NCBI GenBank assembly: GCA_965223415.1
Contig: OZ245002.1
Span: forward strand, 4,032,001-4,096,000
Length of the DNA: 64,000 bases
Source of the DNA: Myxococcota bacterium
Lineage (GTDB): Bacteria; Myxococcota_A; UBA9160; UBA6930
Direction: 5' to 3'
Each line of letters begins with the position of its first letter. Positions within the stretch are counted from its first letter, which is position 1. The notes beneath the pieces were generated by a model that was not told the DNA's origin, did no database searches, and saw only the letters and a list, made by a program, of their open reading frames with translations. Positions 63,843 through 64,000 of the stretch are shown one piece after another. The translations under genes and the position numbers were made by a program.

Positions 63843-64000
63843 ACCGCCTCTGGCTCGGCTTCGTGCTCGCCGTCGGCCTCGCGCTGCTCGGTGCGTCCGG
63901 TGCCGCGGCGCTCCCCCTGCTCTCGGAGGTGTACTACGACGCCCCGGGCTCGGACGACGGCCTCGTCTTCGTCGAGATCAGCGGGGCGCCGGGAACCGAC
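63839..64000 (+). CDS. Lamin-tail-domain-like secreted protein (5' part, truncated by window)
   Basis: ATGA overlap; AGGAG RBS; signal peptide then LSEVYYDAPGSDDGLVFVEISG. Confidence 0.7.
   Translation, partial: MNRLWLGFVLAVGLALLGASGAAALPLLSEVYYDAPGSDDGLVFVEISGAPGTD

Overview
64 kb of a very GC-rich Gram-negative bacterial chromosome. PEP-CTERM, TonB and sigma54 features plus gene style suggest a Myxococcota/deltaproteobacterial lineage (inference only). Most of the window is housekeeping or metabolic: ffh, plsB-like, hisI-hisG, a P450, a ccmE-F-X-A-B-C-D cytochrome c maturation operon, a Mo-oxidoreductase, maiA, a metal locus (CDF, ZnuACB-like ABC, gloB, ZnuD-like TonB receptor), gpmI, cysE, DHS-like, gltX, a COG0523 GTPase, engB and cofD-cofC-cofE. 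The main accessory feature is a ~14.7 kb integrase-less island (4664-19482) bracketed by a duplicated promoter plus 5' end of an SDR gene. It carries two tandem wHTH-STAND-TPR regulators and three cargo genes (TSP3-repeat secreted protein, family-1 glycosyltransferase, PEP-CTERM protein) that share an 11-bp-periodic upstream motif, plus a membrane class III cyclase with atypical specificity residues and an IS630. Other notable items: a CxxC...RAPP leader ORF before the TonB receptor, an orphan Zn-ribbon gene with sigma70 and sigma54 promoters, a RAYT-like HUH transposase, a perfect 38-bp-arm intergenic palindrome, and a second (degenerate) IS630. No rRNA, tRNA or CRISPR array was recognised. 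All calls come from reading motifs by eye; no searches were run.
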